Shown: positions 24,295 through 37,280 of the stretch, in pieces
Layout: each line of letters begins with the position of its first letter
Position numbering within the stretch: the first letter of the stretch is position 1
NCBI RefSeq assembly: GCF_001194135.2
Contig: NC_068983.1
Coordinates: 8,182,546 to 8,224,129, forward strand
Source: Octopus bimaculoides
Lineage: Eukaryota
DNA length: 41,584 nt
Reading direction: 5' to 3'
Program-made: the position numbers and the translations under genes
The notes under the pieces: model-generated
The model's input: only the letters and a program-made list of their open reading frames with translations
What the model was told of the DNA's origin: nothing
Database searches by the model: none

Positions 24295-24363
24295 TTAAAT
24301 TTAACTGAATCTAACGGTTTTTGTGTTTCTTAAACGGCTTATAAACACCTTCCACGCTAAAAA

Positions 24364-24365
<2 letters not shown>

Positions 24366-24403
<38 letters not shown>

Positions 24404-24439
24404 GTTGTTGTTGTTGTTGTTGTTATTATCATTATTATT

Positions 24440-24495
<56 letters not shown>

Positions 24496-24767
24496 TATTA
24501 TTATTATTATTATTGTTGTTATTATTATTATTTGTATGACTCCACGTCTCACCCACAGACCCCAAGAGACAACAATTTAGAAGTTCATGTTGGTGTTGTG
24601 CCGTGAGTGCAATGTATTTGGATTTGTACAAAGTGTTGTTCTAGAGAGTGTTTTAAGAAAACGTAAGAACATTATGAGTTTGATTTAAAATTGGAGATTA
24701 CATAGACAATATTTTACGTAGGATATGGGCAGTTCCCATGAGCACCAACTTGAATTACTGCCGATGC

Positions 24768-24848
<81 letters not shown>

Positions 24849-24883
24849 CGATATAATCATTGTTATTATTGTTGTTATTCTTA

Positions 24884-24918
<35 letters not shown>

Positions 24919-25491
24919 TTTATTTTTATTGATATTGTTATTATTAATATTATTATTATCTATATAATCATTATTATTATTATTGATATTAGTATTATTA
25001 TTATTGATATTATTATTATTAATATTATTATTATCTATATAATCATTATTATTATTCTTGATATTATTATTATCTATATAATCATTATTATTATTATTGA
25101 TATTATTATTATTATTATTATTGATATTATTATTATTAATATTATTATTATCTATATCATCATTATTATTACTATTGCTGTTGTTCTTATTGTTATTATT
25201 TATTATTATTATTGTTATAATTATTATTATTATTATTACTTTTATTATTATTGATAATATCATTATGAATATTATTGGTGTTATTATTATTAATATTAAT
25301 ATTATTATCATTATTATTATTGTTATTGTTATTATTGTTACTATTACTTTTGTTGTTGTTCTTATTATTGTTATCATCATTATAATCATTATTATTATTA
25401 TTATTATTATGAAAGTCGTGTTGGGAGGAATCAAGTAACAGTAATTAAGAATTCAAACAGATTGCTGAGGCAGCAGCAATCTGTAGCTTTG

Positions 25492-25573
<82 letters not shown>

Positions 25574-26060
25574 AAGGAGTGGATGACGCTGACGTGAAGA
25601 CGAATATGAGGAGAATAAGATTCACTGTGATGAGAACACGATGTTAATTTTGAGGTCGATGATGATGATGATGATGATGATGATGGTCATTACAAGGACG
25701 ATGCTACTACTGAAGCTGCTGCTGAAGATTTTGATGATAACAAGGGTGACGACGATGATAATGGTGATGATGAAGATGGTGGTGGTGGTGGTTCTGGTGG
25801 TTTGAAGCTAATGATGATGATGATGATGATGATGACAGCGACGATGACGGTGATGACCTTTGACCGTGATGCTAATGATGACGACGATGATGATATTGTC
25901 GAGGATGATGAAGATGATGATGATGACCACGATAATGATTATGATGAGGGTGATGTTGACGGCAACGATGTCGACGACGTTGAAATACGTGAAGATGTGT
26001 ATGATGAAAATAATCTTCATCATGGTGAGAACACGATGTTCACGTTGATGACGGAGATGA

Positions 26061-26114
<54 letters not shown>

Positions 26115-26330
26115 TGATGATGATGATAATGGTGGTGGTGGTGGCGGTGGTAGTAGTGGTGGTATAATGTTAGGAGAGTGTTGCTGCTGCTGATATAATG
26201 ATGATAACAATAATGATGATAAATGCAACGACGATGATGATGACAAATATGAATGCTGCTGTTGTTGATGTTGATGATGTGTGGATGATGGTGTGGAACA
26301 AGGATATTGATGCTGCTGCTGGTGACATTG
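24366..26330. repeat. About 2 kb compound trinucleotide tract ((TTA)n, (TTG)n, (TCA)n, (CTA)n, (GAT)n, (GAC)n, (GGT)n), interrupted by a LINE fragment
   Basis: Seen directly in sequence; explains the poly-I/N/M/D/T ORFs. Confidence 0.92.
24532..24769 (-). mobile_element. 3' end of a further R4/Dong-type LINE embedded in (TAA)n
   Basis: Minus strand reads KLVLMGTAHILRKILSM* (stop at 24698-24700). Flanked by (TTA)n on both sides. Confidence 0.8.
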
Positions 26331-26529
26331 CTACATTAAACTACATAGCTTAAACGTTTTATGTAACAAAAATATGAACAATATTCTCTGAGGTGGATTA
26401 TCCCAGCCTAACTGTCTTATATTTAATTCTTGAAGGAACCCTATGACGTCATATGCAACTCTGGAGCTAGGTTGTGGTATAACACCCTCTCTCCCTCGCT
26501 TTCACTCTTTCTCTACCTTCTCTCTCTCC

Positions 26530-26603
<74 letters not shown>

Positions 26604-26899
26604 GTGCGTCTGTGTATTATTTACGCATATATATATTTTTATACATTTATAAATAAATACACAGACACACGCACACGTATACACACAGAGGCACAGAGAC
26701 ACGCAGACACATACAGTCAGTCACACACAAAGACACACAGACACGCAGTCACGCAAATACATACAGTCATACACACACACACACACACACGCACACACAC
26801 ACACACACACATATACACGTACACGAGTGAGTCGACAAAACAGAAAACAAAAAGAAAATGGTATGCAGCACATTTTGTAGGCCACCAGATGGCGTTACA

Positions 26900-27178
26900 C
26901 ACCACATAATGCTTTTCTATGTTGTCTGGATTTCGCTATTTTTTCCATCTTGACAAATTGCTTGACCAAATGGTCTCCTCATTGTCATTGAAGCCATCCA
27001 TGTGCCCTTTTCCAATTCTTTTGCATACCACTCGGCAACTGCACGGGACCACCTGTTGTCTGTGAATCTTGTGACATGTCCGGCCCAGCGAAGCTTCAGT
27101 TTCGCTCCTCTGATATCACATCGTTCACTTCGCTCCGTTTCTGCACTTAATGTGTGATCGACTCTTCTATGAGCGTTC
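26900..27178 (-). mobile_element. RTE-clade LINE 3' fragment
   Basis: The ORF-track peptide AKLKLRWAGHVTRFTDNRWSRAVAEWY matches the RTE C-terminal RWAGHVxRxxDxRW motif. Confidence 0.85.
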
Positions 27179-27290
27179 AACTGCGGCCATGCTGTAGCAC
27201 CACTTTTAGTCGAGCAAATCGACCCCTGAACTTATTATTCGTAAGCCTAGTACTTATTCTATCTGTCTCTTTTGCCGAACCGCTAAGTTA
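27179..27290 (-). mobile_element. 3' fragment of SINE family A
   Basis: ctgcggccatgctgtagcaccacttttagtcgagcaaatcgacccc...gccgaaccgctaagtta matches 7421-7531. Confidence 0.85.
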
Positions 27291-28592
27291 TAATATAATG
27301 TATCGATGATTGTAAATAATCATATTGTGTGTGTGCGTAAGGAAAGTCAAGAATTGTGGAGTTATGAGCGAGGGCTGTGTGAGGTAAAAAAGAAAGCAAG
27401 TGGAATGTGATGGCTCTCATCGAAGTGCAACAAGGGTGTAAATGTGAAACGCTGATGTCTGGAAACATTGCATGAACACGAGAGTGAAACAAGGAAGAAA
27501 TGTGAAAGATGAAGGAGGGAAGGGAATTAAGAGAAGAATGAGGGAATAATTGGAGAAGGAATAATAACAATTCATCAGAGAGACAAAAATGGATCTTTGT
27601 TTCTGTGAGAGCAGATAATTGGTGAGGCACGTGGAGAGATATTAAATGCATAAACGGGGCTGAACTATAGATAAAAAGAATAAACGAAGAAAATCAACAA
27701 GAAAATCAAGAAAGAGGAAAGGTGTAAGCTAAGAAGAAAATAATAATAAAATAATAGAACTAGAGAAAAATTAATTACAAAACAAAGACGCAACAAAGAA
27801 TTTTAACGTTTAGAGAGAATAGAAAACTTGAAGACAAAACAATAAAAGAGCGATGAAAAGTTCAAGGAGGTTATACAAATGGTTCAATGTCTGAGGAGAA
27901 AGGGGAGACCATACTGTGGTGAAGACACGATAGCGTTAGACGTTGTGAGCACCAACTAAGTGTAGAACTGCTGGTTTCAGAAGGGTGAAAAAATAATTTT
28001 TTTAAATATACTTTAAAAATTTTTGACCTGGTGGAAAATCTTGAAAGGAGTAAAAATGACAGGAGATGAGGGAGGAAAGAGCAGTGGGGTGAGAATTAAG
28101 GGAAAGAAGAAGAATATGTGTGCCTCCATCCATCCATCCATCCATCCATCCATCCATCCATCCATAAATACATATCTACATGAAGTTTTCTGTTTCTCGT
28201 TGAGATGTCTTTAATCTCTAAAATCGCTATATGGAATTGGAATAAGATTCCGTAAAGCAGACGATAATCTTTATATGCACAATAGATAACACAGAGAAAA
28301 CACACTGGCACTCACACACACACATAAGCAAACACACATACATCATAGTACACAGAGAAGCATATGTATGTACGTATACAAGTAACCACATGTGCATGTA
28401 TGTATTATTCATTTGATAAATGTGCTTATGTACGTCATACACACATTCGCATAAGCACATACACGCACACAGACTTATATAAGTATACAGACGATTGCAT
28501 AAATATACTATATTCCTGGAACATGATTATTCATATATATACATGCACATACATACACATATATGTGCATACGTATATATACATGCATATAT

Positions 28593-28642
<50 letters not shown>

Positions 28643-29059
28643 ATATATATAGCAAATGAAAGAGAGAAGATGGAATATACGAGAATTTATTATTAATCAC
28701 GACAATTGTTTCTACACATCTAGCATCGATTCCTCTTGCGTGGGACACTCAAGACCTGGTTTCGGAGCATGCGGTGGTGCAGATGTATCTCGTCTTGTGA
28801 TAACTAAATAAAACTCGTTGAAATAACTGTTCCGCAATATAACTTTCCGTTTTTCAGAGAGAAATGCAGCCAGATGGAGGTAATATCAGCTATAACTTAA
28901 ATGGGTTAAAACTTAACGGCAGACATTTGACCTATTCCCAGCAATTCGCTTGTAGACACGTAAATGTCAGTTTACTGATTTACCTCTCTAGCGAAGTCCT
29001 AAAGATAATTGTAAGATGAAAGCTGATTGAGTTCAAAGAAGAAAGTTCCTTCTCTGAGA

Positions 29060-29445
29060 CACGTGGGACGGCTTTTGTCCAGGAAGTTTCAACCTTACAC
29101 AGCAACAATAATATTATAACTGGACATTGAAACAACGATTCAGTCATACAAACCTGAATGTGATATACCACGGCTTTGCGAAAGAGTTCGATAAAGTTTA
29201 GCATGTCACAAACTGCGTGATCTTAGTATGATTGAAAAATTAAGAGACTGGCTGTACAACGTTTTAAAATACAGACATTCTTTCGATTGCAGCCAACAGC
29301 GTTTTCTCAGGAGTGACATTAGTTTTGAGTGGAGTCACTCAAGAACAGTACTAAGACTATTGCTACTTGTGGTAACACTATCGTGTTGATAGACACAGCC
29401 ACTCCCAATGTCTACGTTGACGACATGAAAGCATCACAAGCCATC
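29060..29445 (+). mobile_element. Decayed CR1-group reverse-transcriptase fragment
   Basis: Colinear RT motif remnants with stops and frameshifts: GFCPG, VIYHGFAKEFDKV (cf. VIYLDFAKAFDKV), SGVTQ/TVLRLLL (cf. SGVPQGTVLGPLLF) and YVDDMK (cf. YADDTK). Confidence 0.75.
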
Positions 29446-30005
29446 TGATAATATTACAAAATAAAAATTCAATTATTCATAAAGTATACTTTGAAAATAA
29501 TGAACCAGATTAAGTTGTCGCAAGATTTTGTGATTTACTAGAATGAATTTCTTATTCTAATTACAGAAACTTCCAGATTCTTGTTCCATTGAAGTACATT
29601 TTATAGCGTTAAGTATTTTGTATGGTGTCTCGACTTTGGTACTGTAATCTTTCGATTTCCAAATTTAGTTTGACAATTTCGTGATAATTTTTGTCTCTGA
29701 ATAAAAAACAGGTGTGATTGAAATTGTGATATTTCAATTTAACTTCATCTTATTTAATAAACATTTGCCACTCATGCGTCGTTTCAAGAAGTTGATTAAT
29801 AGTGACATTTTGGAAATAGGCACACACACTCATATGAAATTTAATAAAACACATTTTGTTTAAAATTTACACACTGATAATTCAAAATTGATAAAATTAA
29901 ATATTCAAGCTAACGACTTATTTACCACAGAAAAACAAAATATTAAGTCCACTGCACGCATGCTCAACTGGAAGTTCATATTAGAAAACTGTATAGCACG
30001 GAGCT

Positions 30006-30082
<77 letters not shown>

Positions 30083-30305
30083 CGTGCGTATATGTATGTG
30101 TGCGCGTGTGTTTGTGTGTGCGCTTACCAATCTATCTTTCTACACACACACACACACACACACACATACGGATACGTACACACACACATAGAGACACACA
30201 TGCACACACATATATATGTATACATACAATAGTCTGACTATTTACAATGCTCAAAAACAGTGTATTGTCAGAGTCCTTAAAGCTTCTGGCCACAAAAGTT
30301 TAGCG

Positions 30306-30382
<77 letters not shown>

Positions 30383-30383
30383 C
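30306..30383. repeat. (TTA)n microsatellite
   Basis: Seen directly in sequence. Confidence 0.95.
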
Positions 30384-30874
30384 ATTGAGGTCTTTAGGAT
30401 GTGTATGACTATCTCGCGTAGCCGTCTTCTTCATTCAGTCCTCAAGTATCAATATTCTGCAGCCGATTTAATCGGCTTCTTGCTTGTATTTAGATTTATT
30501 ATAGTAAGATTGTAACATATGATGGGTATCATGATTTTTGGTGTTGCACAGCTTGTTACTTGTCTTTCGTTTTATGCTTATTTATTACTCTTACGTTTAT
30601 ACGATGTCCATATAGTAACTTGGTTCTTAGTATATATAACTCGTATTTTAGCATTCTGGGGCTTTGGATTTGTGAATTATTGACAGCCGTTATTGAACTG
30701 TAGATACGATGACAGCAACAAAATTAGAGTTAGCGCAACCAAATGGCGATGCTTAGCTCTTAGAGCTGGTCTGAACTTGTTGAAAATAGACCATTCGCTG
30801 TATTATCATTTCAGTAAAGTTTCCATTGTCAGCAGTAATAAGCCTGTCATTGTTATAATAATATCTATGTATCT

Positions 30875-30958
30875 AAGGTGCTGGCAGAATTGTTAGCACA
30901 CCGGGCGAAATGCTTATGGGTATTTCGTCTGTCTTTACGTTCTGAGTTCAAATTCCGC
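30875..30958 (+). mobile_element. 5' (tRNA-head) fragment of SINE family B
   Basis: gctggcagaattgttagcacaccgggcgaaatgcttatgggtatttcgtctgtctttacgttctgagttcaaattccgc. Confidence 0.85.
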
Positions 30959-31399
30959 ATAGATAGATAGATAGATACATACATACATGCATAAATACAT
31001 ACATACATACATACATGCATGCATCATGCATACAAACAAAACACCCTGTTGTTGATGTTAAAATTCCAATGAAGGAGCCTTGGAACTAGGTCAGAAACCG
31101 GTTCTTTGTCTATCGGCAAGAAATCTTGAAATGCAACTGAATAATGACATACATACATATATACACACAGACACTCATACTCACACACTCATACATACAT
31201 ATATACATACATGCATACAACCATGCATACATACATTCATACATAATGGGCTCTCCCGTCGTCAGACGACGTATGAAGTTTCGACGATTTCTAACTGAAC
31301 AGATGATTTGTTTATAGTAATCAAATCTTTGTTTACACATAAGCTCACTCCATTCATCAAATCGACATAACCTGTACTGGTGCAACGGGTGCTACATGT

Positions 31400-31520
31400 C
31401 AGATGACGAAAAGATCGCAGAGCAACGTGAAATGAAGTACTTTCCTCAAGAACACAATGCAACGCCTTGTCTGCGAATCGACCCACGATCTTGCAATCAT
31501 GAGTGCTATGCTCCGTCAAC
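31400..31520 (-). mobile_element. tRNA-headed CORE-like SINE fragment
   Basis: Minus strand: gatcgtgggtcgattcg (B-box-like), then gcattgtgttcttgaggaaagtacttcatttcacgttgctc, resembling the CORE tgtgtccttgagcaagacactt motif. Confidence 0.5.
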
Positions 31521-31526
31521 ATACAC

Positions 31527-31575
<49 letters not shown>

Positions 31576-31579
31576 CTCA

Positions 31580-31610
<31 letters not shown>

Positions 31611-31659
31611 GCATATGAATATGCATCTGTGCATATGAATGCCTGTTTTAGAGTTAGTT

Positions 31660-31856
31660 TGTGTCCAAACCCATCGCTTGGCAATAGGTGTTGATTTGCT
31701 TACGTCCCCCCTACTTAGCAGTCCTACAAAGGAGATCGATATAATAAGTCCCAGACTTGAAAATAAATACTGGGGTTGGCTTCTTCTGTTAAACATATCA
31801 AGGCGGTGCCCCAGTATGGCCACAGTCTGCTAACTGTAAGAAGTGTAAGATAAAAA
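31660..31856 (+). mobile_element. Diverged relative of SINE family A (3' part)
   Basis: Ends aaggcggtgccccagtatggccacagtc...taagataaaaaa, the same tail as family A. Body resembles the reverse complement of 7450-7570. Confidence 0.6.
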
Positions 31857-32438
31857 ATGCAGAAATAACAGACAAAACGAAGCAGACTAAAAAAGTTGGA
31901 CAACAACACACACTCACACCGCCAACCAACTTCACCCCCACACGCTCACATTCCCAGTCAACCACACTCCATCCTCCACAAACAAATGCAAATAAATGAG
32001 ATAGTCACTCAACATTGAATGTCTAGCCATTAGGGTTAAAACACTGCAGAAATCTAGAGAATAGACAACAATCAGGTCGCATACAAAAACTCTATTATTT
32101 TGTGAAAATATACAACCGGCCAAATGAATCTAAAATTGAGAAAAATTACTAAATTCCGGTCGAAAATTACCCAAGTAATTTCTATTGAAAACTACTGTAA
32201 ATACGGTTGGGATTTCGCTGTTTCATTATTTCCTTAAAAGCTCCAAAGAATTCCTACTCTAGTCTTTTCTCTGAGTGTTCACATGACTTTTTCTATCTGA
32301 CCTTTAAGTAAGAATAGAAGGCGATTGCTTTAAAGCTGAAGTTCTTCTTATCGAAAATAATACGATTATTGATGTCTGACAGTAAAAGTGTGTCTACGTG
32401 TAAGTGTGCAAGGATGTACATATTTATATATATATGTG

Positions 32439-32480
<42 letters not shown>

Positions 32481-32829
32481 TGTGTAATACTGAATGTAGT
32501 GTTATAGGCATGTGTAGAAGGTGTTACGTATGTGCGTAAGATGTGTACAGTTCTAAGTGTGTGTCTGTGTGTGCGCGTATGTGGTTAACTCTGTATAAGT
32601 GGTGATGTGCAATATTCAAAGTGCATATGTTTATGATTATGTTTCATATACTAAATATGAGAGCGTGTATAAAAATGTATGAGTATTATTCGTCGCTAGC
32701 TTAATACAAATTTATTCTATACAAAAATATATGCATTCACATATCACATTTATGCATATATGTATGTATGTATATACACACGCACATATATGTGTATATA
32801 ATATATGTCTCTCTCTCTCTATACACACA

Positions 32830-33060
<231 letters not shown>

Positions 33061-33476
33061 GTATCACACATTCCCTCTCTCACTTCATATATATATACCC
33101 ACACATACAGGGGACGACAGAAAATATAGGATCAGCAGTCCAGTCCTATGTTAAGATTTTATGAACGTTTTAACACTCTGTCCGACTCTCCACTTCCAGA
33201 GAGATTAGATAATTGTGGATGGGCCAACAGTGTTATTGATGGAGGACATTTAAGCTCCTGGCCTAATATTTTCTTTATTGTCATGCAAACTTTAATTCTT
33301 TTGTCGTCTGGTTGGTTACGTTTATCTTCTACAATTAAATGAGGGCGTAATCCTATTTTAACTTTGCTGCCTTTCTTCTAATTTGATGGCCTGTTCTCAA
33401 CGATCTTGACTGAACATCATGCATTATAATGCATGGAACAGTGACAGTAAACACGAAATATTTATGAAGTGTGTAT

Positions 33477-33675
33477 AAAGTAATCCCTCGTCTATCGCGG
33501 GGTTTATATTCCAAAAGCCACCGCGACAGGTGAAAATCCGCGAAATATAAAAAAGAAGTACTGTACTGTACGTTTTGAAAATTATTTTTATAATTTGTAT
33601 GTATTTATTTTATTATAAATTCAAAACAACAGCATAGAGTGGTAAATAATAAACCGCGATAGGTGGACCGCGATA
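33477..33675. mobile_element. Partial pogo/Tigger-like MITE
   Basis: Starts aagtaatccctcgtctatcgcgggg (cf. the CAGTAATCCCTCG-type TIR) with repeated ccgcga subterminal motifs. The right TIR is not clearly present. Confidence 0.45.
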
Positions 33676-34115
33676 TTTAATTTCCAAAAAAGAAATGCTT
33701 TATATGGATATATCAGCATTTCAGTTGGTCGAATTGTTAAAATTTGCACTTGTTTCTGAACCTTGAAATTAGATTCTTACGTAATCTACTTCGAAATAAT
33801 TAACGATTCTTTACAACTTTTGTGAGAGTGCAAATCTACGGCCAAAGTGCTGTAATGTGTAGGTCGCAGTTGTATATGGAAACGGTCCGATGAGAAATAT
33901 GGTTTTCGAAATAGAAACTTTTGCAGCGAGGAACGTACTTCATGTCACGTATATTTACTTTATATATCACATATAGGATGTTACCTATTCTCGTTTATGT
34001 CAACTTGAAGATGTAGTCCCAGATAATTCCCAGCATTTATGAAAATTTGAAAATAAGTGGATGAATTTAATTATGATGTATCCAGTGGACTATATATGTT
34101 CCTGGTTCAGTCATT

Positions 34116-34192
<77 letters not shown>

Positions 34193-34567
34193 NNNNNNNN
34201 NNNNNNNNNNNNNNNNNNNNNNNNNNNNNNNNNNNNNNNNNNNNNNNNNNNNNNNNNNNNNNNNNNNNNNNNNNNNNNNNNNNNNNNNNNNNNNNNNNNN
34301 NNNNNNNNNNNNNNNNNNNNNNNNNNNNNNNNNNNNNNNNNNNNNNNNNNNNNNNNNNNNNNNNNNNNNNNNNNNNNNNNNNNNNNNNNNNNNNNNNNNN
34401 NNNNNNNNNNNNNNNNNNNNNNNNNNNNNNNNNNNNNNNNNNNNNNNNNNNNNNNNNNNNNNNNNNNNNNNNNNNNNNNNNNNNNNNNNNNNNNNNNNNN
34501 NNNNNNNNNNNNNNNNNNNNNNNNNNNNNNNNNNNNNNNNNNNNNNNNNNNNNNNNNNNNNNNNNNN

Positions 34568-34604
<37 letters not shown>

Positions 34605-35291
34605 TATGTCATGTACTGTTCCGTGATGGTAAGATCAACAAAAAATGTACTCCATCTGCTGAGAGACAAATGTTATTTAATACACACAATACATGTTATT
34701 ATGTACTATTAATAGTTTCATATGTTGAGAAATACCTCAGACATATATTTATCGGGCACAAACCACATACCATAATGAATTATAACTGAATTAGAGTAGA
34801 AACGTGAACAGTTGAGAAGGAAGCATACAGAAAACGTAGAAGGTTAAAAAACAGAAAACAAAAGAGTAAAAATTTAAAGTGTTATCCTCCTTTGAGCCTA
34901 AATTATAAGGATAGAAAGAGAAGTTGTTCAAATATTGGCAGAATTTTCCAGTTCTTTAAAATACAGCTACATATATGCTGGCAACCATTGAAAATATCAG
35001 ACCTAGAGTTCAATAGTGAGTTAGGGATCAAAGATCCAAAAAGGATCTGAGCTCTTTCAGCTAAATATATCTTACATTTATTTGATCCAATAACATAAGG
35101 TGTAGATTTTAAAATATTTCCCACTTAATCACGTGTTGTGTTGCGTTAGATTTCAAACCCTTTATGTGGATCGCAATCTTCGCTTTGATTTGTCTTTATG
35201 TCGGAAGGAGGCTATGTGACTGGCATAGCGACTTTTCAATTTTTCTGATCATGAACTGTATACTCCAACCAGTAGGCTACCCGCATTCACA

Positions 35292-35676
35292 TGTTGTTGT
35301 TGGCACTCTGTCGCTTACGACGTGGAGGGTTCCTGTTGATCCGATCAACGGAACAGCCTGCTCGTGAATTTAACGTGCAAGTGGCTGGGCACTCCACAGA
35401 CACGTGTACCCTTAACATAGTTCTCGGGCATATTCAACGTGACACAGTGTGACAAGGCTGACCCTTTGAATTACAGGCACAACAGAAACAGGAAGAAAGA
35501 GTGAGAGGAAATTGTGGTGAAAGAGTACAGCAGGGTTCGCAACCATCCCCTGCCGGAGCCTCGTGGAGCTTTATGTGTTTTCGCTCAATAAACACTCACA
35601 ACGCCCGGTCTAGGAATCGAAACCGCGATCCTGTGACCGCGAACGCTGCCCTAACCACTGGCCATTGCGCCTCCAC
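35292..35676 (-). mobile_element. Full-length tRNA-derived SINE, family C, with an RTE-like 3' tail
   Basis: Minus strand: ggaggcgcaatggccagtggttagggc (A box), ggtttcgattcc (B box), ending cgtcgtaagcgacagagtgccaacaacaaca. The RTE-like tail assignment is from recall. Confidence 0.85.
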
Positions 35677-36972
35677 ACGCATTCATATATACGTATATAG
35701 ATTTGTGCAGTGCGTATGCAAAGTAAAAGCAATGATGTGTATGCGTGTATAATGTGTATATGAGAGAAAGAGAGAGAGAGAGAAGAGAGAGAGAAAGACA
35801 GAAAAAATTGAGCAAGAGAATCCTGATTTTGTTAAGTTTAAACTAATCGAATGTTATCTTATATGGTTTCACTTCCTAGAAGTTTCCCGTGTCTGTCTTC
35901 GATTCTTGCTTTTATCTCTTGTTTTTGTATGTCTACCTGTCTATCGTTTGCGACACTACTTTATTTATGTTTGTATATCTTACTCTCCGATTCTAACGGT
36001 CTGTAACTAACGCGTTTATTTTTCTCTCTTGCCTCCATATCTTTCATATTTGCCATTATGTCTCTGTCTACCTCATTATATATCTCTTTACATTCGTGTG
36101 TGTGCGTGTGTGTGTCTAATTTTCTTTGTCTACTTTTATGCTTGTCTGCATTTCTGCTTCTCACTTTATTTGTTTCATTCTCTTTCTCTCTACCTCAATT
36201 ACATTATTTCTTTCTCTCTCTCTCTCTCCCTCTCTCCCTCTCCCCCTCTCTCCCCCTCTCCCCTCNNNNNNNNNNNNNNNNNNNNNNNNNNNNNNNNNNN
36301 NNNNNNNNNNNNNNNNNNNNNNNNNNNNNNNNNNNNNNNNNNNNNNNNNNNNNNNNNNNNNNNNNNNNNNNNNNNNNNNNNNNNNNNNNNNNNNNNNNNN
36401 NNNNNNNNNNNNNNNNNNNNNNNNNNNNNNNNNNNNNNNNNNNNNNNNNNNNNNNNNNNNNNNNNNNNNNNNNNNNNNNNNNNNNNNNNNNNNNNNNNNN
36501 NNNNNNNNNNNNNNNNNNNNNNNNNNNNNNNNNNNNNNNNNNNNNNNNNNNNNNNNNNNNNNNNNNNNNNNNNNNNNNNNNNNNNNNNNNNNNNNNNNNN
36601 NNNNNNNNNNNTCTCTCTCCCTCTCCTTTATTCCTTAGGCCCTCTACTCTTCTTCATTTTGTTTTAATTTCTTTCTGAAATCTTTGCTGTGTATTTAATT
36701 CTTATTACATTAAAACCAAAACAATTGTAATTTAATATTTCTAAGTCTCTCTAAAGGAGACTACGGCAGCGGTACTGGAAATTAATAGTTATCGCCAAGC
36801 CAACATGGCAATCCCAAAATTAGGACGAAAGCTGCCGTGAATTAGCTCCAAGAAGCCATCGCGTCTAGCTAGCTATGTGACACACGAAAATTGTAATTTA
36901 ATTACACTCTCCTCCTCTCGTATACAGATAGTAGTACTAATATTATTATCATTACTCTTTTACTTCTCACAG

Positions 36973-37059
36973 CGCTCGGTCTTGTCTGCTCTGGTAGATT
37001 CTGTGAGAGCAGACAGCAGCCTGCAGTCAGAGGTCTCACAGGGTCTCTCTCCGCTCATT
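36973..37059 (+). CDS. Candidate 87-bp internal exon of an unidentified gene
   Basis: Acceptor ctctttatacttctcacag and donor att|gtaagc; GC-richer than flanks. Two open frames: RSVLSALVDSVRADSSLQSEVSQGLSPLI or LGLVCSGRFCESRQQPAVRGLTGSLSAH. No family recognised. Confidence 0.25.
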
Positions 37060-37280
37060 GTAAGCTTTGATACTTGGTTGTTAATTATCGTGGGAGACAT
37101 TTAACATCCAAGCACTAATTTCAAAATCCTAGCCTTCCCTAACAGGGTAGTTTTTGGGGGCTTGCTCTGCTCTCATGTTAATTTCGACTTCTCTGACTGG
37201 TTTCTCGCATTTGGTCCTTAGAACTCCGAGTGCCCCTACAACTACTGGGTTGACAGACACACACCTACTAATACAGGTCT

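Larger units (their letters stand above)
23481..24359. mobile_element. Fold-back element: arms of about 160-170 bp (23481-23650 and 24202-24359) around an inverted (TATG)n/(CATA)n core; each arm carries a hammerhead-like motif
   Basis: tagcgtggaaggtgtttataagcc...gcatctcagaatgtaacagttagttcatgatat matches the reverse complement of atatcatgagctaactgttactttctcagatgc...ggcttataaacaccttccacgcta. Confidence 0.9.

Noticed and set aside
25634-26167. Stop-free acidic (Asp-rich) reading frame of about 177 codons, suggestive of a biomineralisation-type protein
   Set aside because: It drifts between poly-D, poly-M and poly-T registers as expected for degenerate (GAT)n/(GAC)n repeats, and has no splice signals or signal peptide.
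30385-30520. Possible fifth R4/Dong 3' end beside (TTA)n (minus-strand EIVIHILKTSM)
   Set aside because: The similarity to GTAHILRK is too weak.
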